Positions 63,595-64,000 of a DNA stretch of 64,000 nt are shown here, one piece after another; position 1 is the first letter of the stretch, and the number at the start of each line of letters is the position of its first letter. Location: the NCBI RefSeq assembly GCF_006345805.1, contig NC_043012.1:27156001-27220000 (forward strand), in the 5' to 3' direction. The DNA comes from Octopus sinensis. Lineage: Eukaryota. Made by a program: the position numbers and the translations under genes. The notes under the pieces are model-generated. The model was given only the letters and a program-made list of their open reading frames with translations, ran no database searches and had not been told where the DNA came from.

Positions 63595-64000
63595 TCCCAC
63601 ATACCATGTAGTACAGCTATTTATATATAAGCATTACACAACCTGCCATTCACTGAGAGAGAGACCTTTTGTTAAGAGAATAGTTGTATGAAATTTCTCC
63701 ATCCTGTTCTTAGTTTAACAACTATACTTTCAGAACATCCTCTTCCACTGCTAATTAGGCCATGATAAGAGAAATTATCTACTACCTCCAAAGACCCTCC
63801 GGGGCATTTGAGAAAATCTATTTCTCATGTATTATTAGTTTTTACTGCTCCTGCACACCTATCACACAGAATCTACTTTCTCCATTAATCTTCCTGTGAT
63901 TCCATTGCATGCTTTGTATGCATCCCCAGTTTCTACCTTCATCTTTTCTAAATAGAGAGCAGGGTCATTTTCCTGAAAGGAGTAGAGTCCTGTCTGTTTT
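63595..64000 (-). mobile_element. Old RTE fragment running off the window
   Basis: 'DRCAGAV', 'KCPGGSLEVVDNF', 'GRGCSESIV', 'GWRNF', 'AVLHG'. Confidence 0.75.

Overview
AT-rich, repeat-dense eukaryotic DNA, most likely an octopus/coleoid genome. That assignment is an inference from the (GAT)n-tailed RTE LINEs, tRNA-derived SINEs and abundant microsatellites. The only host gene I can support is a minus-strand MTMR10/11/12-like myotubularin pseudophosphatase. Five short internal exons (61344-61404, 54031-54167, 22962-23037, 8810-8892, 4684-4743) splice in frame with GT-AG boundaries into the N-terminal PH-GRAM region; none appears in the ORF track. Nearly everything else is intron filled with nested TEs. 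These are many RTE copies (one with a near-intact 827-aa ORF carrying a PHD-type finger), CR1-group LINEs, an L1/Tx1 fragment, Penelope-like fragments with hammerhead relics, three related piggyBac elements, Tc1/mariner (rosa-type, maT-type), pogo/Tigger, a hAT MITE, Helitrons, a Gypsy gag remnant and SINEs. There is a 100-N gap at 18994-19093. The most unusual observations are: (i) a templated copy of the gene's own splice donor 8 kb away that creates a candidate in-frame poison exon; (ii) a LINE flanked by a perfect 23-bp inverted rather than direct target repeat; (iii) a sense-strand intronic hammerhead with an intact core; (iv) head-to-head RTE copies forming a long dsRNA arm. No wholly new multi-gene system is evident. 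All identifications were made by eye, without database searches.
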